Source: an uncultured Alphaproteobacteria bacterium
GTDB taxonomy: Bacteria > Pseudomonadota > Alphaproteobacteria > RF32 > CAG-239
Reading direction: 5' to 3'
NCBI GenBank assembly: GCA_947588655.1
Contig: CANPYS010000003.1
Coordinates: 11,904 to 75,903 of the forward strand
Length of the DNA: 64,000 bases
Both the position numbers and the translations under genes were made by a program. Below are positions 1-10,605 of this stretch, piece by piece (the stretch's first letter is position 1; every line of letters starts with the position of its first letter). Under the pieces are notes generated by a model that saw nothing but the letters and a program-made list of their open reading frames with translations, had not been told where the DNA came from and searched no databases.

Positions 1-70
1 CCGCACGGTTGTCACAAACGCGGTAATAAGCATAAGTTATCAAAATATCGTTTTCAGACACGGTTACCTC

Positions 71-511
71 CTAAAGCTTTTTAACCATTTTTGCGAAAGT
101 AATGCCCTGCTCAGCAAACAAGCCGCCCTCTTGATGATAGCCCAATTTTTCATAAAAACCCACGACGGAAAGCATCGCATGCATGATTATCGTTTTGAAT
201 CCGGCTTCTTTGGCGCGTTTTTCAGCATACGCGACCAAATCGCGACCAACGCCCTCGCCCTGACAAACAGGATCAACCGCCACCTGCATTAACCGCACGC
301 ACTTATCGTCAACAGGCGCTAAAATCAAACCGCCAACGAGTTTGCCGTCCAAATTTTCAACACAACCGATATGCAAATACGAGGCCTCTTTATCCCGAAA
401 CGAGTCCAAAAACTTTAAGCCAAGAGGTTCAAGCAAAACCTTGTAGCGCAGTTCAACCAATTCATCATAGCGGCTAGAGCCAAAATCAACATCAATCATT
501 TTCTTCATCAT
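71..511 (-). CDS. GNAT-family N-acetyltransferase
   Basis: 146-aa ORF with a GNAT-like core (QGEGVGRDLVAYAEKRAKEAGF resembles the acetyl-CoA binding motif). Size is typical of the family. Confidence 0.65.
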   Translation of the reverse strand: MMKKMIDVDFGSSRYDELVELRYKVLLEPLGLKFLDSFRDKEASYLHIGCVENLDGKLVGGLILAPVDDKCVRLMQVAVDPVCQGEGVGRDLVAYAEKRAKEAGFKTIIMHAMLSVVGFYEKLGYHQEGGLFAEQGITFAKMVKKL

Positions 512-625
512 AAATTCTCCGTGTTATATAGTTATTAAAACATATTTTTTGCTTTTTTTCAATAAGATATTGCTTAAAGAAAAAAAATATTTTATGGATA
601 ATAGATAAATAGAAAAGGAAAATAA

Positions 626-2428
626 ATGACCGAGCTTCAAAACATACGTAATTTTGCTATTATTGCCCACATTGACCACGGCAAATCCACACTTGCCGAC
701 CGCCTGATTGAATATTGTGGCGGCCTAACGGCGCGCGAGATGACCGAGCAGGTTCTTGATTCTATGGATATTGAAAAAGAACGCGGCATTACCATTAAAG
801 CGCAGACCGTACGCTTAAACTACACTGCCAAAGACGGCAAAACTTATCAGCTGAACCTCATGGACACGCCGGGGCATGTTGACTTTTCGTACGAGGTTTC
901 ACGCTCCATGGCGGCATGCGAAGGCTCGGTTTTGGTGGTAGACGCGACCCAAGGTGTTGAGGCGCAAACGCTTGCCAACGTTTATTTAGCGCTTGATAAC
1001 AACCATGAAATTGTGCCGGTTTTAAATAAAATTGACCTCCCATCCGCCGATTCGCAACGCGTCAAACAACAGATTGAGGATGTGATAGGGCTTGACGCTT
1101 CTGACGCAGTGGAAACATCAGGCAAAACGGGTTTGGGCGTGCCGGAACTCTTGGAAGCGATTGTGCATCGCCTGCCTGCCCCTCAAGGCGATGAATCCGC
1201 CCCGCTTCAAGCGCTTTTGATTGACAGCTGGTACGATTCTTACTTGGGCGTGATTATTTTGGTGCGCATAAAAGAGGGCGTCTTAAAAAAGAAAATGCAA
1301 ATCCGTATGATGTCAAACAATGCGGTTTATAACGTGGAGAAGTTAGGTTATTTTTCGCCCAAAATGCAAGATACCGAGGCTTTATTCCCTGGCGAAATTG
1401 GGTTTTTAACGGCAAGCATTAAAAGCGTTGGCGATTGCAGCATTGGCGATACCATTACCGACAACAAGCGCCCGTGTCTAAACGCTTTGCCGGGGTTTAA
1501 GCCTTCCGTGCCGGTGGTGTTTTGCTCCATTTTTCCGGTGGATTCGTCACAATACGAGGCGTTAAAAGACGCGCTTGCCAAGCTCAAGCTTAATGACGCG
1601 AGCATCAATTATCAAAACGAAAATTCGCAAGCTTTGGGCTTAGGTTTTCGGTGCGGTTTTTTGGGCTTGTTGCACATGGAAATCATTCAAGAGCGCATAG
1701 GGCGCGAGTTTGATTTAGACATCATCACAACCGCCCCGAGCGTGGCTTATAAAATTCACTTAACGGACGGCAAAGAGTTGATGTTGCACAACCCCGCCGA
1801 TATGCCTGATTTAAGCACCGTCCGAAGCATTGAAGAACCTATGGTTCGCGCCACCATTTTAGTGCCAGACACTTATTTAGGCGCTGTCCTCAAGCTTTGC
1901 ACCGAGCGTCGCGGAACGCAGGCGGAACTCACTTATGTCGGGAGCCGCGCGATGGTGGTTTATGATATTCCTTTAAATGAAATTGTGTTTGACTTTTATG
2001 ATCGGCTCAAGTCTATCACAAGCGGTTACGCAAGTTTTGACTATCAGCTCACGGGTTATCAGGAGTCTGATTTGGTTAAAGTCCAGATTTTATTAAATGA
2101 AGAACCCGTTGACGCTTTGGCGTTTTTGTGCCACCGATCCGAGGCGGAAAGCCGCGGACGGCAAATTTGCGAACGTTTAAAAGATTTAATCCCGAGGCAT
2201 TTATTTAAAATTCCGATTCAAGCGGCGATTGGCGGGCGCGTTGTGGCACGTGAAACAATATCGCCTTTGCGCAAAGATGTGACTGCAAAATGTTACGGTG
2301 GCGACATCACGCGCAAACGCAAACTTTTAGATAAACAAAAGAAAGGCAAACAACGTATGCGTCAATTCGGCAAAGTTGAAGTGCCACAATCGGCGTTTAT
2401 TGAAGCTTTGCGCATCGGGGACGAATAA
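626..2428 (+). CDS. lepA: elongation factor 4 (LepA)
   Basis: 600 aa. GTPase motifs [17 protein letters not shown] and NKID are present, and the C-terminal LepA-specific region is full length. An RBS-like AAAAGGAAAA precedes the ATG. Confidence 0.95.
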   Translation: MTELQNIRNFAIIAHIDHGKSTLADRLIEYCGGLTAREMTEQVLDSMDIEKERGITIKAQTVRLNYTAKDGKTYQLNLMDTPGHVDFSYEVSRSMAACEGSVLVVDATQGVEAQTLANVYLALDNNHEIVPVLNKIDLPSADSQRVKQQIEDVIGLDASDAVETSGKTGLGVPELLEAIVHRLPAPQGDESAPLQALLIDSWYDSYLGVIILVRIKEGVLKKKMQIRMMSNNAVYNVEKLGYFSPKMQDTEALFPGEIGFLTASIKSVGDCSIGDTITDNKRPCLNALPGFKPSVPVVFCSIFPVDSSQYEALKDALAKLKLNDASINYQNENSQALGLGFRCGFLGLLHMEIIQERIGREFDLDIITTAPSVAYKIHLTDGKELMLHNPADMPDLSTVRSIEEPMVRATILVPDTYLGAVLKLCTERRGTQAELTYVGSRAMVVYDIPLNEIVFDFYDRLKSITSGYASFDYQLTGYQESDLVKVQILLNEEPVDALAFLCHRSEAESRGRQICERLKDLIPRHLFKIPIQAAIGGRVVARETISPLRKDVTAKCYGGDITRKRKLLDKQKKGKQRMRQFGKVEVPQSAFIEALRIGDE

Positions 2429-2782
2429 GACTTAATATGGCACGCCATGCGCCCGAAAGACAGAATAAGAGTCTTCGGTTGAAGTCAGGTTATCAACACT
2501 ATGGTGCGAAATTTTAACAATAAAAAAGATAAGCGCTAAAATAATCAAAAAATTCAAAAATAAATGGTGCGTGATAAAATGCCACATGACAATCTCCTTA
2601 ACAACATGCATTTTAAGGGCAAAACATTTCAAAAAAGTAAATAAAAAAGGTTGCCTTTTAAGGTTTTTTGAGCCGATTTTTGATGCAAATTTTTATGCAA
2701 ATCCGCAACACTATTGCAGATTTTCATAAAATATATTGACTTTTTATAATTTTGCATTAAAATAAAAACAAGGAGAAACGCT

Positions 2783-3985
2783 ATGTATTACGAAAGAACA
2801 TTATCAAACATTGTTGAAAAAGCGAGCAAATCTTTTAAAGTTGTGATGATTACAGGACCAAGACAAGTTGGTAAATCAACTTTGTTCAACAAAATCATAA
2901 AGCCCAACCGCACAAAAGTAACCTTAGATGATACCGATGTTTTATCATTGGCTAAAAATGATCCTAACTTATTTTTTCAAACTTATCGGCCGCCCTTGCT
3001 GATTGATGAAGTTCAAAAAGCGCCGGAACTTTTAACATATATCAAAAAGATTGTTGATAATTCTGATGAAAAAGGGCTCTTTTGGCTAACGGGTTCTCAA
3101 AAATTCCAACTGATGAAAAACGTTTCGGAAAGCCTTGCCGGACGCGTGGCGGTGCTAGATTTGCAAGGCTTATCACAATCTGAAAAAATAAAAGATTCTA
3201 AAAGACCTCCGTTTACGCCCGATATAAACTTACGTACAAAACGCCCTATTTGGACGGCAAAAAAGACCTTTGAGTTTATTCACAAAGGCTCCTACCCTCA
3301 ACTATTTGACAACATAACGGATTGGGCGCTTTATTATAAATCGTACAAAGACACTTATTTGTTGCGAGATGTCAAAGATATTATTAAATTAGAGGATGAA
3401 ACGGTTTTTACCAGATTTTTAAAGATATTAGCAAGCCGAACATCGCAAGTGATAAGCTATGCCGATATTGCCCGTGACGCCGATATTGCGCCAAACACCG
3501 CCAAAGCTTGGATGAACATTTTGCAAACTTTGGGCATTATCTATTTTTTGCAGCCTTATTTTGAAAATAACATCAACAAACGCCTTGTGAAAACGCCCAA
3601 ACTTTATTTTATGGATACCGGCTTATGTGCGCATTTATGTGGTTTAAATACGGCTGAAATGTTGATGAACAGCTATTTAAGCGGTGCTTTTATAGAAACT
3701 TATGTTGTTTCAGAAATAATTAAAAGCTATATCCACAACGGCAAAACACCAAACCTTTATTATCTTCGCACAAGCAATAAAGAAGAAATAGACATCATTT
3801 TGGAAGAAAACGGCAAAATTTATCCGCTTGAAATAAAACAAACCGCCACGCCAACCTTATCCATGGCAAAGCACTTTAAACTCATTGATGAAAAAAAGAG
3901 AGGCATCGGCGGCATTATTTGCTTAAGTGACAAATTTATTCCGATAAATAAAGATGTTTATATTATCCCAATAAGCTACATATAA
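2783..3985 (+). CDS. AAA+ superfamily ATPase (AAA_14/DUF4143 type)
   Basis: 400 aa with Walker A ITGPRQVGKST near the N-terminus. The architecture matches the widespread ATPase + DUF4143 proteins. A hairpin terminator follows at about 3990-4015. Confidence 0.7.
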   Translation: MYYERTLSNIVEKASKSFKVVMITGPRQVGKSTLFNKIIKPNRTKVTLDDTDVLSLAKNDPNLFFQTYRPPLLIDEVQKAPELLTYIKKIVDNSDEKGLFWLTGSQKFQLMKNVSESLAGRVAVLDLQGLSQSEKIKDSKRPPFTPDINLRTKRPIWTAKKTFEFIHKGSYPQLFDNITDWALYYKSYKDTYLLRDVKDIIKLEDETVFTRFLKILASRTSQVISYADIARDADIAPNTAKAWMNILQTLGIIYFLQPYFENNINKRLVKTPKLYFMDTGLCAHLCGLNTAEMLMNSYLSGAFIETYVVSEIIKSYIHNGKTPNLYYLRTSNKEEIDIILEENGKIYPLEIKQTATPTLSMAKHFKLIDEKKRGIGGIICLSDKFIPINKDVYIIPISYI

Positions 3986-4031
3986 AAAAGGTTGCCTTTT
4001 TAGGCAACCTTTTTTAAGCCTGTAACAAACT

Positions 4032-6467
4032 TTATTTAGCTTGAACAATACGCATTGCGTAAAATGAACGCCAAACAAAGATTAACCCGAGGACAAAGAA
4101 GAAAATTCCCAAACCAAGGGCAACGTTTTCGGGCGCTTTTGCCGCCATTTCAACGGCAAGCAAACCAAACAACGTCGTAAACTTGATAATCGGGTTCAAG
4201 GCAACGGACGACGTATCTTTGTACGGATCGCCAACCGTATCGCCAACCACAGAAGCATCGTGCAAAGGCGTGCCTTTTTCCTCTAAATCAACCTCAACCA
4301 CTTTCTTGGCATTATCCCATGCGCCGCCGGCATTTGCCATATAAAGCGCTTGGAACAACCCAAAAACGGCAATTGAAATCAGGTAACTTGCAAACAAGTT
4401 CGCATTAAAGCAAGCAAACGCAATTGTGAATGAGAAAATCACAATAAAGATGTTAAACATGCCTTTTTGCGCATAAATTGTGCAAATACGAACAACATTT
4501 TTAGAATCTTCAATAGAAGCGGCTTTTTTACCATCAAGCTTAATGTGCTTTTTGATATAAGCTACAGCGCGATAAGCGCCGGCCGAAACCGCCTGCATAG
4601 AAGCGCCCGAGAACCAGTAAATAACAGCGCCGCCCAAAATGAGCCCGAACAAAACATTCGGATCAAGCAAATTAAGCGAAAGGTTCAACAGCAAGATAAT
4701 TGAGAAAATCATCGTTGTTGCGCCAATCACCGCCGTTCCAATTAAGACAGGCTTTGCAGTTGCCTTAAAGGTATTTCCAGCGGAGTCGTTTTCTTCCAAC
4801 AGATGTTTACCTGTTTCAAAATCAGGTTTGAAACCGTAATCTTTTTCAATTTCTTTTGAAATATTTTTCTGTTGTTCAATTTGTGAAAGTTCAAACACCG
4901 ACTGCGCATTATCTGTTACCGGACCATACGAGTCAACGGCAATGGTTACCGGCCCCATGCCCAGCATACCAAACGCCACCAAGCCAAACGCAAAGATTGT
5001 CGGATAAACCATATAAGCATCCAAGCCTTCACGCGCGGTAAAATAAGCAATTGCCATCAGGCCGACCATAACTGTTCCCTGCCAAAAAGCGGAGAAGTTA
5101 CCGGCAACAATACCTGAAATAATGTTAAGTGACGCGCCGGCTTCACGGCTAGCGTTCACCACTTCTTCAACATGCTTTGATTTAGATGACGTAAAGATTT
5201 TTGTAAATTCCGGAATAAGAGCCGCCGCCAAAGTGCCGCAACTAATAATAACCGAAAGTTTCCACCACAAATCAGGTCCGAAAGTAGCCGTATCAATCAT
5301 CAAGTACGAAACGCCAAACGTAACCATAATAGAAACAACCGATGTAAGCCAAATCAGGCTTGTTAAAGGTGTTTCAAAGTTAAAGGCTTTTTTAGCGCCA
5401 AAACGAGCTTTGCTGATGATATTATTCAAGGTATAAGAAAACACTGAAGTCATAATCATCAAAACGCGCATCGCAAAAATCCATGTAATCAAGCGCGCCT
5501 GAATATCAATGCCGTTTTGCATCAAGGTCAAAGCGCCCTCAGAGGTGTACATCATACCTGCGCCCAAAACGATAAAGCTAATTAAAGCCACGCCGGTCAC
5601 GCCGTATGTTTCAAAGCCATCAGCGGTTGGGCCAACGGAGTCGCCGGCATTATCGCCGGTACAGTCAGCAATCACGCCGGGGTTGCGAGCGTCATCTTCA
5701 TCAATTTTGAAGATAATCTTCATCAAGTCAGCGCCAATATCGGCAATTTTGGTAAAGATACCGCCGCAAATTCTAAGGGCCGAAGCGCCGAGCGATTCGC
5801 CAATAGCAAAACCAATAAAGCAAGCGCCGGCATTATCGCGCGGAACAAAAAGCAAAATAGAAATCATCATCACGAGTTCAACGCAAATCAGCAAAACGCC
5901 GATAGACATACCCGAATGCAACGGCAGGTTCATCACCGGATAAGCCTTGCCTTTAAGCGAGGCAAACGAGGTGCGCGCGTTGGCATAAGTGTTAATGCGC
6001 ATACCAAACCACGCCACCGAGAACGAGCCCAAAATACCCAACACCGACCAAAGCAAAATATTCAAGACCTTAGGCAACGGCGTTGCGTTCAGATAAAAGA
6101 AGTAATAGAAAATGCAAACCGCGATAAAACATTCCAAAATCAGGAGCAAAACAGCCTGTTGTTTCATATAGGTTTTGCAAGTTGCATAAATTGTTTCGGC
6201 AACATTAATCATCAACTTATGCGCCGGCAGACTTTTAATATGCAAAAACTCTGAAAGGCCAAAAAGCATACCCAAAAGGCACACGCCCAAACCCGCGAGC
6301 AAAATGTGCGAGCCGGTAACATTCCAGCCAAAAATATTAAACATAACGTCAAGCGACGGAATATTTAAATCAATTTCCGAAGCATGCGCTTCTGTTGCAA
6401 TAAAAAAGCTAAAAGCAACCAATGCCGCCTTAGCCAAATTTTTAAACTTAAACATTATTTTCCTCAT
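4032..6467 (-). CDS. hppA: membrane-bound H+(or Na+)-translocating pyrophosphatase
   Basis: 811-aa polytopic membrane protein with H+-PPase signature blocks (GGIFTKIADIGADL, DNAGDSVGPTADGFETY, GDTVGDPYKDTSSVALNPIIKF). The many + strand ORFs inside it are shadow ORFs. Confidence 0.9.
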   Translation of the reverse strand: MRKIMFKFKNLAKAALVAFSFFIATEAHASEIDLNIPSLDVMFNIFGWNVTGSHILLAGLGVCLLGMLFGLSEFLHIKSLPAHKLMINVAETIYATCKTYMKQQAVLLLILECFIAVCIFYYFFYLNATPLPKVLNILLWSVLGILGSFSVAWFGMRINTYANARTSFASLKGKAYPVMNLPLHSGMSIGVLLICVELVMMISILLFVPRDNAGACFIGFAIGESLGASALRICGGIFTKIADIGADLMKIIFKIDEDDARNPGVIADCTGDNAGDSVGPTADGFETYGVTGVALISFIVLGAGMMYTSEGALTLMQNGIDIQARLITWIFAMRVLMIMTSVFSYTLNNIISKARFGAKKAFNFETPLTSLIWLTSVVSIMVTFGVSYLMIDTATFGPDLWWKLSVIISCGTLAAALIPEFTKIFTSSKSKHVEEVVNASREAGASLNIISGIVAGNFSAFWQGTVMVGLMAIAYFTAREGLDAYMVYPTIFAFGLVAFGMLGMGPVTIAVDSYGPVTDNAQSVFELSQIEQQKNISKEIEKDYGFKPDFETGKHLLEENDSAGNTFKATAKPVLIGTAVIGATTMIFSIILLLNLSLNLLDPNVLFGLILGGAVIYWFSGASMQAVSAGAYRAVAYIKKHIKLDGKKAASIEDSKNVVRICTIYAQKGMFNIFIVIFSFTIAFACFNANLFASYLISIAVFGLFQALYMANAGGAWDNAKKVVEVDLEEKGTPLHDASVVGDTVGDPYKDTSSVALNPIIKFTTLFGLLAVEMAAKAPENVALGLGIFFFVLGLIFVWRSFYAMRIVQAK

Positions 6468-6533
6468 ATAAAAATTAAAACATTTTTATGAACGCATCAT
6501 AGGAAGAGATTCTAAAAAATCAGTTAAAGGGAT

Positions 6534-7283
6534 TCAGTTTTCCGAAAATTCTTCCGCCGCCAAACGCTCAACCTCCAGATAAGTTTTACCATCGGCATCT
6601 TTAACATCGGGGTTTGCGCCAGCCGCGAGCAATGCCGCAATAATTTCGTCATTGCCACCCGCGGCGGCATAAAACAAAGCTGTTTTACCGTCTTTATCCA
6701 CTTCATCAAGACGAGCGCCGGCATCTATCAAAAGTTTAACAATATCCATATTCCAAGCATTGGTGGCGGCGTTCATCAAGGGTGTGCCGAGCGGGCTAAC
6801 TTTATTGACATCCGCGCCATTTTGAATAAGGATTTTTGCCACTTCTGACATACGGCTCATTTCATTAAAAATGTTTTCTTCCAAGGTTTGTTTAATCTGC
6901 GGATTATGAATATCCAGCCCCATATTTTGCATCATCAAAACCTGGAGTTGGAGTTCATTAGCCTTAGAGGTTGAAACATTTAAAGGAAGCATACCATTTG
7001 CGGCGTTTTGATTAGCATCTGCGCCAGCGGCAAGCATTTCCGAGACAATATCGGGTTGCGGATTTTGCGTTAAGACATAATAAAACAGCGGATTCCCCTG
7101 ATTATCCACGCCTTTAAAATCAAAATTTTCGGATTTTAATTTTGCAATTGTTTCAACAGACATATTTTCCGCAATGTGAGCCCAATCATCATCTTGAAAA
7201 TCAACTTGTGTCAAATTGTTTGTTTGAGCGTAAGCGTTTGCACCCAGCACAAACAAAAAAGCGGCCATAAAATACTTCATCAT
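6534..7283 (-). CDS. secreted ankyrin-repeat protein
   Basis: 249 aa with an N-terminal signal peptide (MMKYFMAAFLFVLGANAYA). Ankyrin-like repeats recur (G-TPL--A, LL-AGA--N), for example NGADVNKVSPLGTPLMNAA and AGANPDVKDADGKT. Confidence 0.7.
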   Translation of the reverse strand: MMKYFMAAFLFVLGANAYAQTNNLTQVDFQDDDWAHIAENMSVETIAKLKSENFDFKGVDNQGNPLFYYVLTQNPQPDIVSEMLAAGADANQNAANGMLPLNVSTSKANELQLQVLMMQNMGLDIHNPQIKQTLEENIFNEMSRMSEVAKILIQNGADVNKVSPLGTPLMNAATNAWNMDIVKLLIDAGARLDEVDKDGKTALFYAAAGGNDEIIAALLAAGANPDVKDADGKTYLEVERLAAEEFSEN

Positions 7284-7343
7284 AATATCCTCTCAACAAA
7301 ATTAGATATTGCGTTGATAAGCATACAATATTTTTCTTAACTT

Positions 7344-8321
7344 TCAAGCCCTATTATCTTTTTGCGCAAAAGCGCGTTTTAAGGCCGCCGCGCACAAGTC
7401 CATCGCGACTTCTGACGAGGCGGATTGAGAAAGGGCGTTTAGCATTAAAAAGTCGTGGATTGTGCCATTAATGCGCACGCTTGCGGTTTTAACGCCCGCC
7501 TCATTTAAGCGCATAGCAAGCGATTCGCCCTCATCGCGCAGAACATCGTTTTCATCAGTGATAATAAGGGTTGCCGGCAAGCCTGAAAGCTCTTCTTGAG
7601 AGGCATTAAGAGGGCTAGCATAAACCTCTGATCTTGTTTCTTTATCAGGCGCGTACTGCTGCCAAAACCATTGCATAGCCTGACGCGTCAACCACGGACC
7701 TTGCGCAAAAATTTCATACGATTCGGTTTCAAAATCAGCCGCCGCCACCGGATAAAGCAAAAGCATAAAAATCGGATTCGGAGCTTTATTTGCCTTTGAC
7801 ATCAGCCCCATCACAAGCGCCATATTTCCGCCAACGGAGTCGCCGGCAAGCGCCAAGCGCTCAAAATCAAGGCTAAACTTTGCGCCATGTTCCGTCATGT
7901 ATTGAAGCACCGCGAATAAATCGGTTGTTGTTTGCGGATATTGTGCCTCGGGCGATTGCTCATAAATAGGAAAAACAACTGCCGCGCCTGTTTCTAAAGC
8001 CAACGTGCGCACAAGTCGCGCATGTGTTTTATCATCGCCCATAACCCAACCGCCACCATGAATATAAAAAACAACGGGCAACGTATCAGGGGCTTTTTCG
8101 GGCTTAATAATCTGAACGCGCATTGTTCGCCCATTGCCCAAAGGAACGCTAATTTCATCAACTTCTGCCGCGGGCAGATTTTCGGTGTCTGCCTGAACGC
8201 TTAACAAAACAGCGCGCGCCTCTTGAGGCGTTAATTCATACAAGGGTTTAGCGTCGCTTTTTTCCAATGACGCGACAAATTTTGATACATCGGCTTCCAA
8301 ATACATTATTTTTCTCCTCAA
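7344..8321 (-). CDS. alpha/beta-hydrolase fold esterase/lipase (HSL-like)
   Basis: 325 aa with an HGGGW oxyanion-hole motif and a GDSVGG nucleophile elbow. The order of the His/Asp region is typical of the hormone-sensitive-lipase family. Confidence 0.8.
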   Translation of the reverse strand: MRRKIMYLEADVSKFVASLEKSDAKPLYELTPQEARAVLLSVQADTENLPAAEVDEISVPLGNGRTMRVQIIKPEKAPDTLPVVFYIHGGGWVMGDDKTHARLVRTLALETGAAVVFPIYEQSPEAQYPQTTTDLFAVLQYMTEHGAKFSLDFERLALAGDSVGGNMALVMGLMSKANKAPNPIFMLLLYPVAAADFETESYEIFAQGPWLTRQAMQWFWQQYAPDKETRSEVYASPLNASQEELSGLPATLIITDENDVLRDEGESLAMRLNEAGVKTASVRINGTIHDFLMLNALSQSASSEVAMDLCAAALKRAFAQKDNRA

Positions 8322-8392
8322 AAGCTAAATAAAACGCCTTTCAAAAGTTTCATCATAACATTTGGGTTAAATTTCCGATTTTCATTGACAGC

Positions 8393-8989
8393 ATGCCAAA
8401 AGCTTTTAGACTTGGAGCCGTACAACATATTATTAACCTTAAACATACTATTATGAAAAGCTCTATTTTTCTGAATTTTATTATTTTAGGCGCGTTATTG
8501 GTTTTGGTTGTTTGGATAAGTCGCGTAATTTTAAAGGCTATTCATCGGAAACGGGCTTCCATGCTTAGAAGAAATTACGGCGATTATCTCTACACCGCTG
8601 GTTACTGGGACGTTGGCAGAGAGATTTTTCTTGATACGCAAAAAAAGCCCCTCGCCGCTTTAGAAAAGTGCGATTTTGTGCCAAACATGTACAGTACAAA
8701 CTTAAGGTACATTCCGTGCGAGATTAACGCTTTCAAATACGCGGGTGGCAAAGTTCAAGTTTACTTAGAGCCAATACACGTTATTTGCTCATGTCGTATT
8801 GTATGGATAAGCGAAGAACGCCCCGAGCTTATTTTGCGCTTTGAAAACTTGGAAGACTTTTTTTGGACAGGGGAAAAACCACTTCCGAAAACACTTCAAG
8901 TTGGGCAGAAAGTAAGGATTATCCACAACATGTGCTTTGAGCCAAAAACCAAAATGTTCAGGTGTTCTTTTGAACCTTACCTGAAGTAA
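8393..8989 (+). CDS. hypothetical membrane protein
   Basis: 198-aa ORF with one N-terminal TM helix. An intrinsic terminator follows. No recognisable domain. Confidence 0.4.
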   Translation: MPKAFRLGAVQHIINLKHTIMKSSIFLNFIILGALLVLVVWISRVILKAIHRKRASMLRRNYGDYLYTAGYWDVGREIFLDTQKKPLAALEKCDFVPNMYSTNLRYIPCEINAFKYAGGKVQVYLEPIHVICSCRIVWISEERPELILRFENLEDFFWTGEKPLPKTLQVGQKVRIIHNMCFEPKTKMFRCSFEPYLK

Positions 8990-8993
8990 ATTA

Positions 8994-9024
8994 AAGCCTC
9001 CAAAAATCAGGAGGCTTTTATATT
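8994..9024 (+). terminator. rho-independent terminator
   Basis: AAAGCCTCC / GGAGGCTTT stem followed by a T-rich run immediately after the 8989 stop codon. Confidence 0.7.
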
Positions 9025-9097
9025 ATAAAGGTTTTTTGCCAAGCCCTCATTTTTTGCTTGATTTCAAAATTTGAATGCGTTATGTTGCAGATACTTT

Positions 9098-9190
9098 GGG
9101 GCTAAAGCTTTGTTGCGATAGCTAAGCAAGGGAATAATTATTTGTTATTTTGGGGCTGTAGCTCTGTTGGGATGGCTAAGCAAAAACAAC
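9098..9190 (+). repeat. two degenerate tandem copies of the 5' half of tRNA-Ala
   Basis: GGGGCTAAAGCTTTGTTGCGATAGCTAAGCA and GGGGCTGTAGCTCTGTTGGGATGGCTAAGCA resemble the acceptor/D-arm of the downstream tRNA (GGGGCTGTAGCTCAGTTGGGAGAGC). Both lack a 3' half. Confidence 0.6.
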
Positions 9191-9340
9191 AAATACTTGT
9201 TGTTTTTGTCTGTAACATCTTGTACATCTTAATGAGCAAGGGAAGTGGCAACGACCGCGGCGAATTTAGATGCACAAGGCGACAGGTTCCTGGCGCTCTC
9301 CCCAAGAGAGAAAAATTATTTTGTTTTTTTGAATTTATTT

Positions 9341-9416
9341 TGGGGCTGTAGCTCAGTTGGGAGAGCGACAGGTTCGCAATCTGTAGGTCGTGGGTTCAAT
9401 CCCCATCAGCTCCACC
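9341..9416 (+). tRNA. tRNA-Ala (anticodon CGC)
   Basis: 76-nt cloverleaf with a 7-bp acceptor stem, a G3:U70 alanine identity pair, anticodon loop TTCGCAA, TTCAATC T-loop and an encoded CCA. The 3' 45 nt form the prophage attL core. Confidence 0.9.
9372..9416 (+). repeat. attL core (45-bp direct repeat, 3' end of tRNA-Ala)
   Basis: Exact 45-bp match to 49726-49770 (TTCGCAATCTGTAGGTCGTGGGTTCAATCCCCATCAGCTCCACCA). Confidence 0.85.
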
Positions 9417-9480
9417 ACTAGGAAAATAAAGGCTTTTACAGTTTCTGTGAGAGCCTTATTTTTGTTCTAAAAACAAAGTT

Positions 9481-9502
9481 GTCCCTAATTTGTCCCTAAT
9501 TT
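9481..9502 (+). promoter_or_regulatory. putative integrase arm-type sites (tandem GTCCCTAATTT x2)
   Basis: The same tandem 11-mer is found immediately upstream of the integrase start (49573-49594). A third, partial copy lies at 50061-50076. Confidence 0.5.
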
Positions 9503-9801
9503 TGCGATTAAAAGTAATTAAAGATAATTAAAATTTTGTTGTTCATTGATGATTTACAAATTGCTTTGTATGTCGCAAAAACGTATATATGACATGCAAC
9601 CATCTTGCTAATGTCGTCAAAAGGTTTTGCAATATTGATACCAGTTTAAAATAAAACCAATGACACAAAATAAACTTGATTATTCAACACATTAGATTGA
9701 TTCTTAAGGACTCGGCGGTTTGTGATGACATAAAAATAACGTTTTGCGTGGCGGCAAAACGTTATTAAGGGCTGGTGTCTAACTAGGTTTTTATACATCA
9801 A

Positions 9802-10605
9802 TTAAGTAAGTATGTACGCGCGTCCGCGCTTTTCTTCTCGCACCGTCTGCGAGTCTGTCTGTTTCACCCCCTCCCGCCCTTGTCGTACCAATCTTCGCCT
9901 CTTACCGTTTAAGCTATCTTTGAGTTTGATAAAATAGTTTCTATCCGCTGTATTTATAAGAATTTGTACCCACTTATCAGTAATCTTTGGCATACCGTCC
10001 TCATAAAATCCGTTAGCCAACCCAAACCAGATTTCGCTTGAATATCGCTGTGCAATGTATATTAAAGCCAATGCCGAGCTATCAAGCATAGGCTCACAAC
10101 TGATTGAAGTCCTTATGCCTTTATTATAAGCATACTTCAAAATATTCAACCTATTTTCAAGTTTCGGAGCGTTCGGCTCAAAATGTTTAAGCCGCTTGTT
10201 GTCCATACTTCCGATTGTAACTCTTAACTCAAGCTTATATAGCTTTTCAGGACAATTCGTTATAATATAATCTATAACGTCAAACATCTCGGGGTTGCCC
10301 TTTGTTACCACAAGGACATTATTGTTGTTATTCAAGAGCATGTAAAGATAATGCTTATAATACTGCTTGTTCAAAGGGCTTATGTCGTGCATAGTCGGAA
10401 ACATTATCACGCCGTCAACGGTTTTTTGCAATAAGTTTCCTGCCGTTTTGGTCAAGTGCAACACTGGCTTTTCAAAATCAAAATCAGGCTCAAAGCGTTG
10501 CATTATCCGCCGAGCATAGCAATATTTACAACCATTCACACACCCCTTTTGAAAATTAAAGCTGTGCTTAGCCCACTCCTGTACTCCTGTTTTTCCTTTA
10601 GTCAT
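9802..10605 (-). CDS. radical SAM protein (SplB / DNA-photolyase-like, COG1533-type)
   Basis: 267 aa. The N-terminal CX3CX2C cluster GCVNGCKYCYARR is a radical SAM motif of the kind seen in SplB-like proteins. This is the last gene of the leftward early operon. Confidence 0.55.
   Translation of the reverse strand: MTKGKTGVQEWAKHSFNFQKGCVNGCKYCYARRIMQRFEPDFDFEKPVLHLTKTAGNLLQKTVDGVIMFPTMHDISPLNKQYYKHYLYMLLNNNNNVLVVTKGNPEMFDVIDYIITNCPEKLYKLELRVTIGSMDNKRLKHFEPNAPKLENRLNILKYAYNKGIRTSISCEPMLDSSALALIYIAQRYSSEIWFGLANGFYEDGMPKITDKWVQILINTADRNYFIKLKDSLNGKRRRLVRQGREGVKQTDSQTVREEKRGRAYILT

Noticed and set aside
2432-2632. 66-aa minus-strand ORF downstream of lepA
   Set aside because: It is a hydrophobic low-complexity translation of an AT-rich intergenic/promoter region with no RBS. 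Support for a real gene is insufficient.
4467-6254. Series of + strand ORFs (78-144 aa) inside the H+-pyrophosphatase gene
   Set aside because: They are antisense shadow ORFs of a well-supported 811-aa membrane protein gene. They have no RBS or domain signals.
9098-9190. Additional tRNA genes upstream of tRNA-Ala
   Set aside because: Both copies contain only acceptor/D-arm-like sequence, with substitutions and no anticodon or T arms.
9802-10605. Radical SAM protein as a glycyl-radical activating enzyme paired with the NrdD-like ORF
   Set aside because: The CX3CX2C context (GCVNGCKYCYARR) and length fit SplB/COG1533-type enzymes better than PflA/NrdG activases. The two genes are also 38 kb apart in different operons. 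This is noted only as a remote possibility.
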